Notes under the pieces: model-generated
The model's database searches: none
Told to the model about the DNA's origin: nothing
The model's input: the letters and a program-made list of their open reading frames with translations, nothing else
Position numbers and translations under genes: made by a program
Part shown: piece after piece, positions 11,454 through 24,562 of the stretch
How positions within the stretch are numbered: the stretch's first letter is position 1
Layout: the number at the start of each line of letters is the position of its first letter
Assembly (NCBI GenBank): GCA_900617105.1
Contig: UYFQ01000341.1
Span: forward strand, 1-48,667
Source: Hydrurus foetidus
Lineage: Eukaryota
Direction of reading: 5' to 3'
DNA length: 48,667 nucleotides

Positions 11454-14400
11454 CTAGAGATATACACCTGTCACCCGCTATGAGCCCCGCCACTTGGACA
11501 ACAACTGACTCGTGTCCGAACAGTTGGAAGATGGGTTGGTCTGTTTCAGCACTCAGGTTCCACCCAACGATGCTCTTATCGTAACCACCTACAATAGTAC
11601 GGTTTAGTTTAGTTTGGTTTGGTTTAGTTTGGTGTAATTCAATTTTGGCAAAATTCGTGATTTGTGACCGCAATTCTGATGATAATGATGATCGTAATTA
11701 CAAGTAGTTCTATGACTGTGACTGTACTAGTTATATTGATCATAATTGTAATCAATAACTATCATTCAATGATGATGCAGGTAGAATGATCGTATAGTAC
11801 GCTGCACTGCACTGCACTGAACCAGCTTTACTTTGCTTTACCTGCCAATAAGGTGCACAGACCATTGTAGGCGAGACACTCTACACCCGCTGTGTGACCC
11901 CGTCTGCGTAAGCGCAGTAAGTAAAGTGAGTACGAGTCGCAGCGCATTACGGGATAATCACATTGATGTATTCAATGATAAGATTTGAATTAAATTGGAC
12001 TGCATCGAATCCAAGCGTATCAAAATGATGTGAACAAAAAGTGGCGAGACTCGAGTGAATTGAATTTGAGTGGAATGATTTCCAACTGGAGGAGATGAAT
12101 GATGGGAGTCAGGAGGTAGTGAATGATGTGAGAAATCATAATTCACAGTCAAAGAGGGACAAATAGGAGGGAGCGCTACATGAAGAAAAATCAGCAAAAG
12201 GAAGTCGAAATAGTTAAAATGGGTAATAATAGAACAGTATGATTATTCATCGGGAAAGAGATAAACATCAGCGCAAAATACGGATACACAGAAGTGATCT
12301 CCTCCGACAAAAACATTTAATCCTTGCCTTTTGCCTTTCAAATTGAGCGTTGCAGCATCAAATACGAGGACATTTCCATCTAGTCCGCAACTGATCATGA
12401 CAGAAAACTGTCGGTTATCAATTACCAACAAATCTCGACAGATATCTGTGTGTTTTGAAATTTGACTGATTTTAAAAAGTTTTAAATTGCTTTTGGTAGG
12501 AGATTCTGCTTTTATGGTCCAGACGTCTATGTGATTCGACGCCCCACAGGCGAACATTTGTAACGGTTCTTTGGGCGAGTCAAAAACACCGATTCTGGTG
12601 TAAATCTGTGAAATGGGATATATTCCAAGTGACTCTATTGTGTCTGACGATATCTGCGATCTCGCCTGGAAGCGAAGCATTTCCAAACAAGAATCCGTAC
12701 GAAGGAGAAGGAGAATGTCTTTTGAGCTGATAAATCCAATCTCTACAATTTCAGGTGAGGTGTTGTCGTTGTTTCGATTGTCTCTTGTTGATGGATTGTC
12801 GTGTAGATGAGAAGAATATTCTTTGTCGAGACTTTTTATTCCTAATGGAACGTTCGCCACACACGTCAGCCAAGAAGAAGCTTCTTCGTCTTCTTTGTGT
12901 ATTTGTAACTCGTTTCCGCTACCCACTGCTAGGCACCTTAGTTCAGGTATCCTCCTGTAATGTGATATGATGTCATATCATGTTTTATCATATCAACTTG
13001 TGTCATGTCTTATCATCACGTGTCATCGCATGTCATATAACGTCATGTTGTGTTGTATGGGGCTTCACAGTGCAGAGTGCAGCATGTCGATATTCAAGAG
13101 TACGATACCAAATTCGTGGTATTCTTCCGTCATACCATGTGATGCCACGTCATGCAATATTATATATAGTATTATGTGATGTGATGTGATGTGATGTGAT
13201 GTGATGTTGTGTGGTGTGATGTGGTGGTGTTGTTGTGTGATGTGATGTGATGTCGTGTGATGTGATGTGATGTGTGTGATGTGATGTGATGTGATGTGAT
13301 GTCGTGTGATGTGATGTGATGTGATGTGATGTGATGTGATGTAATGTAATGTGATGTGATGTGATGTGTGATGTGATGTGATGTGATGTGATGCCGTGTG
13401 ATGTGATGTGTGGGATGTGATGTTATGTTATGTCGTGTGCTGTGATATGCTGTGATGTGATGTGATGTGTGGAGAGTTAGTAAGAGAGGAAAGTTAGCTT
13501 GGTAGAGAGGAGAGGAGGAGAATCGCAGGACAGAAATGATAAGAGCTAGAGATAAGGCAGAATCTATTTGGCAAAGGAAAGAAGAATGGAGGGAGGGAAG
13601 GAAATATATAGAGCAGAGAGAGAAAATGGAGGGGACAGTATGACGTTTTCTATTGCCCCACGATCTATGATGAGTGATTCTTGAAGTGATGTCCAATATC
13701 ATGGAACATCATAGAGTCAAAAAACGATATTAATTTTTCAGCACATCTAATTGAATCACATTAGGTGTAAAAGGTAAATATTTTGTATTTTGTATTCTGT
13801 AGTTTTTATTCCGTATTATGTATTCGTACCTGCAGCACTGAATCTTGGACATAGAAGATGCTTTTTGAATTGATTTTCTTTGCACTGTTTTTAGTTTTTC
13901 GCATACATGCGCATAGCCTTCGTCGACCACTTCGTCTATTACGAACATAACAAACTCTGAGAAATCCACACCACCATCTCTGAAGAAAGTATAATAAGTA
14001 ATTGAATAAATAATTAAATGAATAAATAAATAAATAAATAATAAATAAATAAACAAAACAATAAATAAAACAATAAAAAAATAAAGAAATGAATAATAAA
14101 TAATAAATGTTAAGCGCTTGATGAGTTATGAAGAATAAGTGACAATATATAAATGTAAATAATTATGTTACATAATTCTAAATCATGTAACAATTCAATT
14201 AGTTAACGAAGAAATCGTTCTTTCATAAAATATAAAAATGTTTTACATTCTGTAATGCACTTTTTGTAGCGCCTAAGAATTGGATCAACATCAAAGTGAT
14301 TGCTTCTCACCCGTTGATATCCACTAGATCGAAGAAGTCTACTAGTTCTGACAATGTTTTGCGAAGATCAGGCATGGAGTCGATTTCCATCAGTGTTGAA

Positions 14401-15435
14401 AAAATCGTCAAAAACTGTTTAGAAAAAATGTGTGAACGATAAATATTAATTTGACGAGTATGAATATAATAGTGATAAAAATGGTAAAAAAAAGATATGG
14501 TGTGGTAGAGATAAACAAGTGAGATGAATAGGAATATGAGAAATAAAAATTAGAATTGAAAGTGGTTGATGAGTATGGTAGTGACGAATATGAGAGAGGA
14601 GTAAAAATGATGATTAAGAAATGAATGAATGTGATTTTAATAAAGATGTGCCATGAGTGAGTAATGGCTGAGGTTTATATCATTGCTGCGTCCTGCATCA
14701 GATGTTAAATTAAGGATCCATCTTCTACCTAACAATCAATTCATAGATATAGAGAGAGAAATGAAATAAACACATAGATTAACATGATTAAATATTAGAA
14801 ATCTACCCGTAAATTAAAAAACATTATCACTGACTGTCTAGTCTCATACATGTACTGTTTGAGATTTGATCAATACATTCTCGCACAATTGACTGGCTGA
14901 TTCACAGACTAATTAATCATATGAAAGCCGTCCACTTCACAAAAAGAAACAGCAGATAATGTTGAACTTCGGTACTAAGTTCAATAAAACTACCGTTCAG
15001 TGACACCCTTAATTAATGGAATAGTAATAGAACAGTCAACTCAACGATTCAACAATTCAGCAATGCCTACAAGACAGAACAGTCATTGAACAATGTAACA
15101 ACGCTTTCAATGCATGTCCCTGTTTCTGCTATAATGGCATTTGCGACAGAGAAGAAGGCACATTTGGGAACAGAATTATAAAACTAGGAGCGTAGTGTTG
15201 TGTTGTTAAGTCCTAGTCGACTCTAGGGGTTATCTGGATATCATCAACGGTGGCTTTGGTTCTGTAAAGATTCGCCTCTCGAATTGATTCAACATGGGTC
15301 CATGATTAGAAATATGCAGAAGTTGATCACCTGAACCAAATTAAGTCCATCGTCTTCATCAAGAAACAGATCCCTCAATTTTGACAGGGCTGTCGTCGGA
15401 AACCGAAACATAACAGATGAAACTGGTGAAGGCAT
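11454..15435 (-). CDS. EF-hand and WD40-repeat protein, copy B (exons 1-6 only, 3'-truncated as assembled)
   Basis: Exons 15435-15331, 14414-14311, 13979-13830, 12954-12328 and 11903-11842 match copy A. An extra in-phase exon 11588-11454 (GGYDKSIVGWNLSAETDQPIFQLFGHESVVVQVAGLIAGDRCISL) is absent from copy A. No convincing next exon before 10495. Confidence 0.75.
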
Positions 15436-16185
15436 TGCAATAATACGCTGCTGTCGCTGAATGATTCCACAGCCGAAGAGTCGATTCTAAAACTATTCAC
15501 ATTCAACCCAAAGAAATTACTGCTGATCACCAGATTTGTGACTATCTCCAAAGAAATCGGCAGCTTGAATTTGCTTCAGAGTACACGAGGCTGACATTCA
15601 GAATGCTCGATCGATTTGCAAATGAACACCGTCGAAATTTGCAAAATACGGGAAGTCAATACAGAATATGATATGCCGCCTCTCGCAGATTGATCGAGAA
15701 CTTATTGGGAGAGGAAGAGACGAGTGACAGTGGCATTAACATCATCAGTCAATCATTTGTCCAATCTCAATGTTCCAAGATCAAGTGAGGTGAAGAAGCT
15801 GTGAGATTTTTTTCAGCTTTTTTGTTTTCACAGTCAGAAAGACGGAAATGAAATCAAAGAATCTGAAACTGCCCACTTGTGTACCCTCGCTGCTCTACTC
15901 CTCATTTTTTGAAAATGTTGAAAAGAGAAGCCAGAAGGCAAATTAAAGTCAATGGTGCAGGCTTTGACACACTATGCTGACTGCTGAACGATTTCATTTA
16001 TTTTTATCACATTCTGATTTATCAATTGGCTGCTTTTCTCTTCTCTGCACTTTTCTTTTCTTCTTTCAAGTATCCTATAATCTCAATTAAATTTGAGTGG
16101 CAGCGTCAATAAAATCTTCCATCTTAAAATATCTCCATCATCGAGTAGTTATCATCAGTTAGTACCGTATCACTGCCAACACATC
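11640..16185. repeat. Segmental duplication, copy B
   Basis: Direct-repeat partner of 5840-10495. Confidence 0.97.
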
Positions 16186-17914
16186 GTGTTCTTCAACGAT
16201 TCCATTCCCACAAGGCGATCGAAAAACCCGATTGACAACAGCTCTTAAAAAGAAGAATATCGATGACTTCCGGTTTACTAATCAGAACAGAATTGACCAA
16301 GGAAAATGCAATTGGACAATAATACGCACGCACGAACACAGCACTTAATAACTCCTTGAGAGGAGAAAAGAGGAGAGAAGAGTAGATAAGAAAAGGAAAC
16401 AGATCAGATGCACAGCATTACATACAATAAAAAGTTAATAACTAATACCATTATTATATTTTCAAATGCATTTGAAAAAGTTCATGTTACGAGGTTCATC
16501 TATGAGAAAAGATTTGGATAAATTTGCAGGATGCAGGGGGGAAAGAGAGGATTGACACGGTATGCACTGTAAATGTATTCGATAATGGAATAATAGGTAG
16601 AGAGGAGAGGATGTGTGAGATTGTCGAATGCGATGCAGTTACAGTGCATCATCTGATAGTATTGTTTCACATAATTATGCACATCGTAGTTTGATTTCAT
16701 TTCATCTATGTGAATCTTTAGACGCTAATAACGTTTACTATAGTATTGTCCTGGACAGTCTAACAGTACAGCATAGTAACAAACAGAACAACAGATATGC
16801 GTTGCGATCAAAAGCACAAGTGTAAGAACAAATGTAAGTACATATATACAGTAACTACAATAATTGAACTCCTCTCTATTCTGAATAATACAGATATACT
16901 TTTTCCGACTTAACGTTACCACAGCAATTTCAATTTGATTTATGATAGGCGATGAATCAATAAAGGTAATGACATCGTAATATTAAGTATTCCATGTGGC
17001 GTATCATAATACGTCATTCTTTTTCTCTTCACAATCTGTGTTGTAACTGTTATATATATGTCATAATGAAGAATTGAATAAAAGGCATGAGGTGTAAATC
17101 CAGGGTGTGAATAGATGTGCGTACGTGTCTCTAGTACATCACGTCATAGTATTAAGAAAGGAAGAGTTAAGACTGTTCAATATTGTTAGTGCATGTGTGA
17201 GGATTCAGGTGGTGGAGTTCATACAGTTGCATCGCACTGTACGTTATCACGTATGCACTGCATTGCAATGCATTGATAATAAAGATAAAATTGATCAGGA
17301 TACTTGTTAGAGAGTGGAGAAGAGGACAGTAAGAGGTTCATCAGGATAGGATAGTTTAGGATAGGATGGGATTGCATAATATTGTGTGGTGTGGTACACT
17401 TCAGCACTGCGAAATCGACTGCACATAACTTACTGCACGGAACAGAGCGGTTCAGTTGATACACTTTTGAGTGATAGAGGTGGGAATTAAAAAGCTAATT
17501 CATTATACCGAATTATACCGAATCTACGGTATAATTTGGAACAGATGCTACAATTGCGGTCCATTGAAATCGAAATCAACAATGAGTCATAGATTGTTTG
17601 ACGAATGATTAATCAGTCTCCACACTACACTTCGTCACTTAAATGTGATGCACCGAACCACACGTAAGCAAATTATCATACATATTACTTTACTGTAATG
17701 TAGATTATTATTTGACTCTTTTCTTGCTACAACAAAACTATCACCTCCTTTCCCCCTTTTCTTTTCCCCTCCCCTCATCTGTTTGTTACCCCCCCCCCTT
17801 TCTATTGAATATATCCCATCATTTCAATATCCTATTATTTGAATCACCATCAAATACCACTCCCCCCATTTTTTGTTTCTCCTCATCATCAACTTCAACT
17901 CCTCCACAGTCTAT

Positions 17915-20900
17915 CTAATGTGCAGATTCCAGAGTTGATCCAAGATCCATGTATTGAGACAATTTTTCTGCTTTAATAATCGCTGCATTAATTTCCGCTC
18001 CTTTTCGAGATTTGGAATTTGATCCAGGATCCGCCCCCTGTTCTGGTATGGGTTTTTCTTGCCCCCCTACTGAGGTCCCGTCATTTACCCCAAAACTGTC
18101 CCTGCGTTGTACTGCGTCACATTGAGGGGATAGTGATGGTGATACAGATGATGATGAGAGTGTAGGAGAGAGTGGAGTTGAGAGTGGAGTTGGTTCGATT
18201 TGATGCACATCTAGTCCCTCTGCTTTTCTCTCTGATGCCAAGAACGCCTGAAAGATATGAGAGAGGAAGAGAAAGAAGTAGTGAGGGAATGTGGAAAGGT
18301 GAGAATGGGTAGTGGGGTGCTAACGGTGCGCGTGAATAATGTGTCACGAATAAATTGCATTTAGATGTACTTGTGTTTGCTTTGAGTTACTTCAACTGCA
18401 TGTACACGCACACGTACGTATGTGTAGTGAGAAATAGTGGAACAAATGCTATAGTTATACTGAAAAATGTGCGAAATTAGTGTTGCGTTACCTCTAGCGA
18501 ATCCACCGAGTTGGAAGAGAGATGCGTAGGTGAACTACCCCCCTTTTTATCCATATCTATCCCACTATCCTGCCCCTGTCCTCCACCTCCTCCCTCCCTC
18601 TCCCCCTGTCCCCTTTTCTCACTCTCACCCTGACCTTGTCTTTCACCATTTCTCCCCTTATCATCTCCTTGTATCTCTAGGCTTGATAACATGTCTGAAT
18701 TCTGCACTCCATCACTTTCAATTCTCACGCCATCAGAAATCAATTCCAAACATTGATTATTATCATTATTTCCATCATCGACATTATTATTACTGTTACT
18801 CATTTTAATGCTGTTTAACAGTGTTTTACTGTTGGTACTGCAGCTGCTGCTCGTCATCCCACTCTCTCCATTTTGATTCTCAGAATTCATAGGAATGTCC
18901 ACTGATAGGGGTACCGAGGACCATTGATTCTAGTAGAAAAAAGGAATGGAGGGAGGTAGTGTAGTGGTAGGGAGAGTGTGAGTGGATGACAACCAGTAGG
19001 TAGAAGCTTGCTGTCTTGTGATCGCAACTATGTATGACCAAAATCCGTTTCTCCACAGAATCCCACATCACATCACACTATATCTTGACGTTTACCGCAC
19101 AACGCATCATACAACACTGCATCAGGCTACAATTCGTGGGTTCGCTGAAGTACTTTCCCATATAACCATTTTACGATAAGATTCCAAATTTGCCCTAAAC
19201 TACCCCTTTGTAGGCCGAAGTTTCCCTTTTTCCACATATTTTATCGTAAAAAATTAAATGGGAACCTTATCAGCGTTCCCGTAAATTGTAGCCTCCCAGC
19301 GCACTGCACCACATCACACTATATCACACCATGCACCACCACACTACACTGTGTCACATCACACTATATCACACCACACACCACCACACTACACTGTGTC
19401 ACATCACACTGTATCACACCACACACCACCACACTACACTGTGTCACATCACACTGTATCACATCACACACCACCACACTACACTGTGTCACATCACACT
19501 GTATCATATCACACTGTATCACACCTTACCCCACCACATTACACTGTATCACACTACACTTTATCACATCGCACTGTATCACACCACACACCGCCACACT
19601 ACACTGTATCACACCACACACCACCACATTACACTGCGTCACACTACACTGTATCACACTACACTGTATCACACTACACTGTATCACACCACCACATTAC
19701 ACTGTATCACATCACACTGTATCACACTACACTTATCACATCAACTGTATCACATCCACACTGTGATCTGATCACTCACACCGTATCACATCACACTGTA
19801 TCACGTCACACTGTATCACATCACACTGTATCACATGCACTGTATCACACCACACTGTATCACATCACACTGTATCACATCGCACACCACCACACTACAC
19901 CGCATCACACTACACTGTATCACAAAACATTGCCTCAGCACACACCACACTGTAGAACACCACACTGTATCACATCACTCTGTATCACATCACTCTGTAT
20001 CACACCACACTCTTTCTCACTCACCGATGCACTCGTCATGGCAGAGTTCTTGGAAGAGGAGAGTGATTCGATCTGACTGGTTAGCTGCCTCGCATGTCCC
20101 CTCCTAATCCTCTCTTCCAAACTCTTCGGACGGTACTGAGGAGGGAACAAGAGTGTCTTCTGATGGAGTAACGGATGCATCAGCATACCTGTAAATAGGA
20201 AGACATATTTGAGTGATCAAAAATGAAATAGGATAGTTGTACGTTACACTGCACTAGTACGTGTCTTACTTTGGACAGCGAGATCGCGTAAGGGATAGTT
20301 GTTGAAGACGCTGCATTGTATGTAATGTAAAGCTATATTCAGCCGTATTTTTCATGTCCATGCCGTACACCGCTATAATGTATCATACTACACTCACATA
20401 GTCATATTGCAACATGCACAGGGCCATTCTAAACTAGCACGAATTAGATGACTTTTGCTATGTTCATGCGAATCTGGCTTGAGAATCGATCTGAATTCAA
20501 CTGAATTAAGTGGCGAAAAATTGTCGATTTAATTTTGGTGAATTCCATTTAGAAATCGTCCCCACATAGAACAACCCTCAACAAATACAATCAAATTACC
20601 TGCCATGCCCATTCTTAGAGACATATCCTTGTGCAGTAACTCCGAAGCAACCAATTTAATCCCCAGTGAATAGTGGGCAGGAACAGGAGGAGGCTGATCT
20701 TCGAGTATAGAACGTACTAGATCGCCCGTACTTGCGCCTGAGAAAATATTGCAGGTGTTGTGCAGGGTGAGGGCGATTTGTGATGCTCTATTGCATAGAC
20801 GTACATTGTGCAACAGGGCAGATGAGATTACCAAATTAGGATGAACTGATGAGGAATGATAACAAATGCAACATCATGTTTTTCAAAGATGTGGGTCATC

Positions 20901-23889
20901 GTCACACAAACATTGATTTACTCTAGAATAGTCCCCTTCAAATCATATCAATATCATGTCTTACATCATCCCATAATGTCGTCATTTCGCAACATAATCA
21001 AATCATCATATAATAACATTGAGTTACATCATATCGTCATTAGTTCATATCATTAGCACGCCTTTTGATATCATACCATATCATATCATATCAAATCATA
21101 TAAAAATCGTAATATATTAACAAACACATCATATCATAACATCACATCACATAAATTTCACACCACCTGTAAATGGCAGTTCCAATGCAAGCATCTCGTG
21201 CAAAAGCACTCCAAACGACCAGCAGTCAACCGGGTAAGAGTACTGCAGGTTCTGAATCATCTCGGGTGCGGTGTAGTAAGGGGTGCCCGCCTCTAAAGGA
21301 GCTTTAGTGCTCTCCTGTACGTACAGTACGGTTTGAGATGGTGTAGTGAGGAGTGTGATGTAGTGTGGTGTAGTGCAGTGCAGTATAATATAGTACATTT
21401 GAATGCTGCAGTGCAGTACGGTGCAGTGTAATGTAGTGTGCAGTTTGCAATCATATAGGGAACAGAATGATGAGTAATACGGTACAAGCGACTCGTATCA
21501 ATATTGATGAGAATAAACATATCATAACATCAATCTACACTTTGTCTAATTTACAAACAGTACTGTTACGTCACAGTTCCGTACGTTACGGTACGTACCT
21601 CTTTCATAGACATGGCTAATCCAAAATCGACCACTTTAATAAGATCCCCTCCTTCCGTCAGCATTATATTATTGGGCTTCAAATCTCGATGTACCACTCC
21701 ATTTTCATGCAAAAAATGCATTGCCAATCCGATTTGAATCGACCATCTTAATATTTTATCTTCCGGCAGGAATTGTTTCGATTTTTTAGTGTTTTTAATC
21801 AATGCATCCAAATCACCTCCTTCACAGTAGGGCATGACGATGAAGAGTATACGGGGTTGTGCTGTCATAAATCCGTCATGCACGTCTATTATACACGGAT
21901 GTCTGTTCATTCGTAGGAATCGGACTTCTCGTAATGTGTCTTTCATTTCTGATTCTTTTTCAGTGAAAATTGTTTTTATTGCGAATAGTCTGTTGTCTTC
22001 GATGCATTTCACTGCGATTGAAATGACGTGGTATCGAACAGAGAAGAGGGGGCAAGAGAGTATTCTTAGATGCAGAAAAACAAATGTGGATTATAGAGCA
22101 TAAAAAGAGTTGCATTGAATGAAAGAATAACGTACAACAAAGAGCATTTAGGCAAAAATGTACACAATAAAGAACATTCTTATTCATAGAGCTGTCAATA
22201 CAAATCCAGAATCTGATACTAATAATCGCACAGCACACAAAAGCACAGCACATCAATGCAAATGAAGATGTACACAGTAGCTTGTACCTAGATTGACATC
22301 TCCGAATGCACCTCGGCCGAGAAGTCTCACTGTCTCATAGACAGTGTTCGACTTCACCTGACATACAAGGAGCAAGAAAGAAAGAAAGAAAGTTAGATAG
22401 AGAGAATAGAGGGAGGTAAAATAGAGAGGAGAAAAATCACGAAGTCTACGGAGGACTGCTTTTTCTGGAATCAATGTGGATGATTTGTATTGATAGCTGC
22501 GCGTCCATCATCGCCATTTCGACAAAATCTGAGATTAATCGCCTGTCTTCTATCTGATTATCATACCACTCTATTCTGTTGTATTCTCCACACCACACGC
22601 TTGCTCATTCACTCATTCTTATCTCTATTTTGCAGTACGCAAATATTCGAGATACTTACAACGGGTGGATCGGATTCAATTGTTCCGACAAAGCACCAAT
22701 CAGAAACTCTTGGTCCGGTAGGAACTATTACTAACTGATTGTGCTGACCTGCAAGATTCAGAACAGCGATTAGAAAATCAGTGACTAGTAGGATAGATAT
22801 ACAGTGCCTCAGAATTTCTTTGAATTTGAATATTTGGAGAGCTCATGAAATGTCATTTAATGCGCAGATAAAATTATGAACTATTGGTAAGTCATAATTC
22901 TTGTAGCGCAGATGTGCTGGTATACGTACATGCTAAGACACGTGACAACACTTAAATCAACAGTGTATTAAGGAATCATAGAAGATGGCTGTCCCTCCGG
23001 AATTTATACGCATGAAAACATATTCAATTTGCTAAATGAAGAAGAGTATGTGTACCGGATGATGGTCGTGGACTGAGACTTCCGCTGGGGTTTCTATTGT
23101 TCTGCTCAACATGTGCGATGCTCAAATGCTTCGACTTCTTCTGTGGAACTGTTGCTTTCGGAAGAGACATGGTACTGTTCAAGCTGACATTTTCAGTGCT
23201 GTTCATCGAGACATCCATCGGCGAGTCAACTATTTCATTGTTCCGTAATCCTTTTTTTATCTTAGTCATATTGATGCGCCCCTTCGACATTTCAGCATCA
23301 AGTAGACTTTTCTTATTTTCAAACAATAGTCGCTCCTTCTTAATCTTTTCCAGGTTCCTCTTCATTTTTAGAGCCTGAGCCGACATAACTTGGACACTTT
23401 TTGCTTGAGTGAGCTGCCACTGTAAGTTGTTGAGGAACACAAAGAGGCTGGTTGGTTCCAGTAGAGCAGGCTACAGCAATCCCGAGTTGCAAACGACAAT
23501 CCGCTCTCAGATTTCTGTAAAGAGTGCTGCAATCTGTACAGTAGTTATACGTCAGCTTGCTGCGCTACAAACCTCAGCGCTCCGTTGTGTTGTTCGTCGT
23601 TTATTGTTGTTATACTGTACGTAGGACTCATAGAATACCAAATATGACCGTATTTTTGGTATCCTGGAGCAGAGTTCGAAGTACAGATTTAAAATTTCTG
23701 GTACTGCAGTGAAATCCAGAAGTTCAACAACTTTTTTAAAGCCATAATTCGTAATTCGGCATACCATTAATACGGTCACATTTGGTCTGATATAGTTCTG
23801 CTCTAGACTAGATGGGTTGTATCGTTGATAGTGATTTTCGTGTGGGCGCATTTGTTCTCGGTTATTACTCCCGGAAGAGACTGTCTCCA
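17915..23889 (-). CDS. NEK/NIMA-related serine/threonine kinase with long N-terminal extension (start exon unresolved, possibly ~24214-24157)
   Basis: Phase-consistent exons 23889-23621, 23470-23056, 22748-22660, 22357-22288, 22011-21599, 21314-21167, 20737-20600, 20188-20025, 18929-18492 and 18247-17915. Kinase motifs [57 protein letters not shown]...MHFLH resembles the NEK family. Confidence 0.88.
19124..19294. mobile_element. Small non-autonomous TIR element (MITE-like, ~171 bp) in a kinase intron
   Basis: Termini AGGCTACAATT ... AATTGTAGCCT form a perfect 11-bp inverted repeat, continuing imperfectly for ~60 bp (cgctga, ttcccat, ttttacgataa mirrored). It interrupts CA-rich intron sequence. 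No clean TSD. Confidence 0.65.
19305..20010. repeat. Pentamer-derived minisatellite (CACAC-TGTAT-CACAT type 15-mer with longer higher-order units)
   Basis: Visible ~700 bp degenerate array in the kinase intron 20024-18930; source of the His/Thr-rich spurious ORFs. Confidence 0.92.
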
Positions 23890-24562
23890 CTGTTTAGGGA
23901 AGACAATTTTAATGGATATGTAATGTACGTACTGATGATTGGATTTCATGTGTTCGCACAAATTCAAAATGTGTTAACCTTTTTTCATGTTATAACAGTG
24001 CATAGTATTGCATGATTGTGTGAGACAACCAAATAAAAACGATGAAACTTGTCGAGAGTAAGCCACGGTTATGATGACGATATATTGAAGAAAATGAAAA
24101 AAAATAAGGTCAAATTTGCGCATAATGAGCGTTATTATTAATCGTAATGCTTCGACGTCCTTGCGTGTTGAAGTTGTTCTTCTTCTCCCCGGCGGGGGTC
24201 TTCTCGTCTCTCATTTCCGCGTTAATTTTTCATACCTACTGTTTATTTCTACAGGAGACTAATACTTGGGGAGCTGTGCAGCATTTACTCTAGTTATTGC
24301 GATGTCCGTAAAAATTATTGCTTAATCTCGATGCTCGAGCTGCAGTAAAGCGATCCGATTTATGATTTCATTGGTACGTTGGAATAATCGTTAGTGAGTT
24401 CTGAGTTCCTGCTATTGTCGTACTAAAAAGCGGACCCTTCCCATTCTTTTCAGTTTCTTCTCTTCATCTCTTCCCTCAACTTCTTTCATCATAATACGCG
24501 CCATAAATTGTTGTGTCAGTGGAACTTGCAGAACAAATTGTCAGTCCACGGGAGTTTTCGCT

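Noticed and set aside
19331..20076. His/Thr-rich ORFs of 146 and 241 aa (similar ones at 7260-7709, 13172-13702, 3721-4011, 4855-5208)
   Set aside because: Translations of intronic pentamer or tetramer repeats that lack stop codons by composition.
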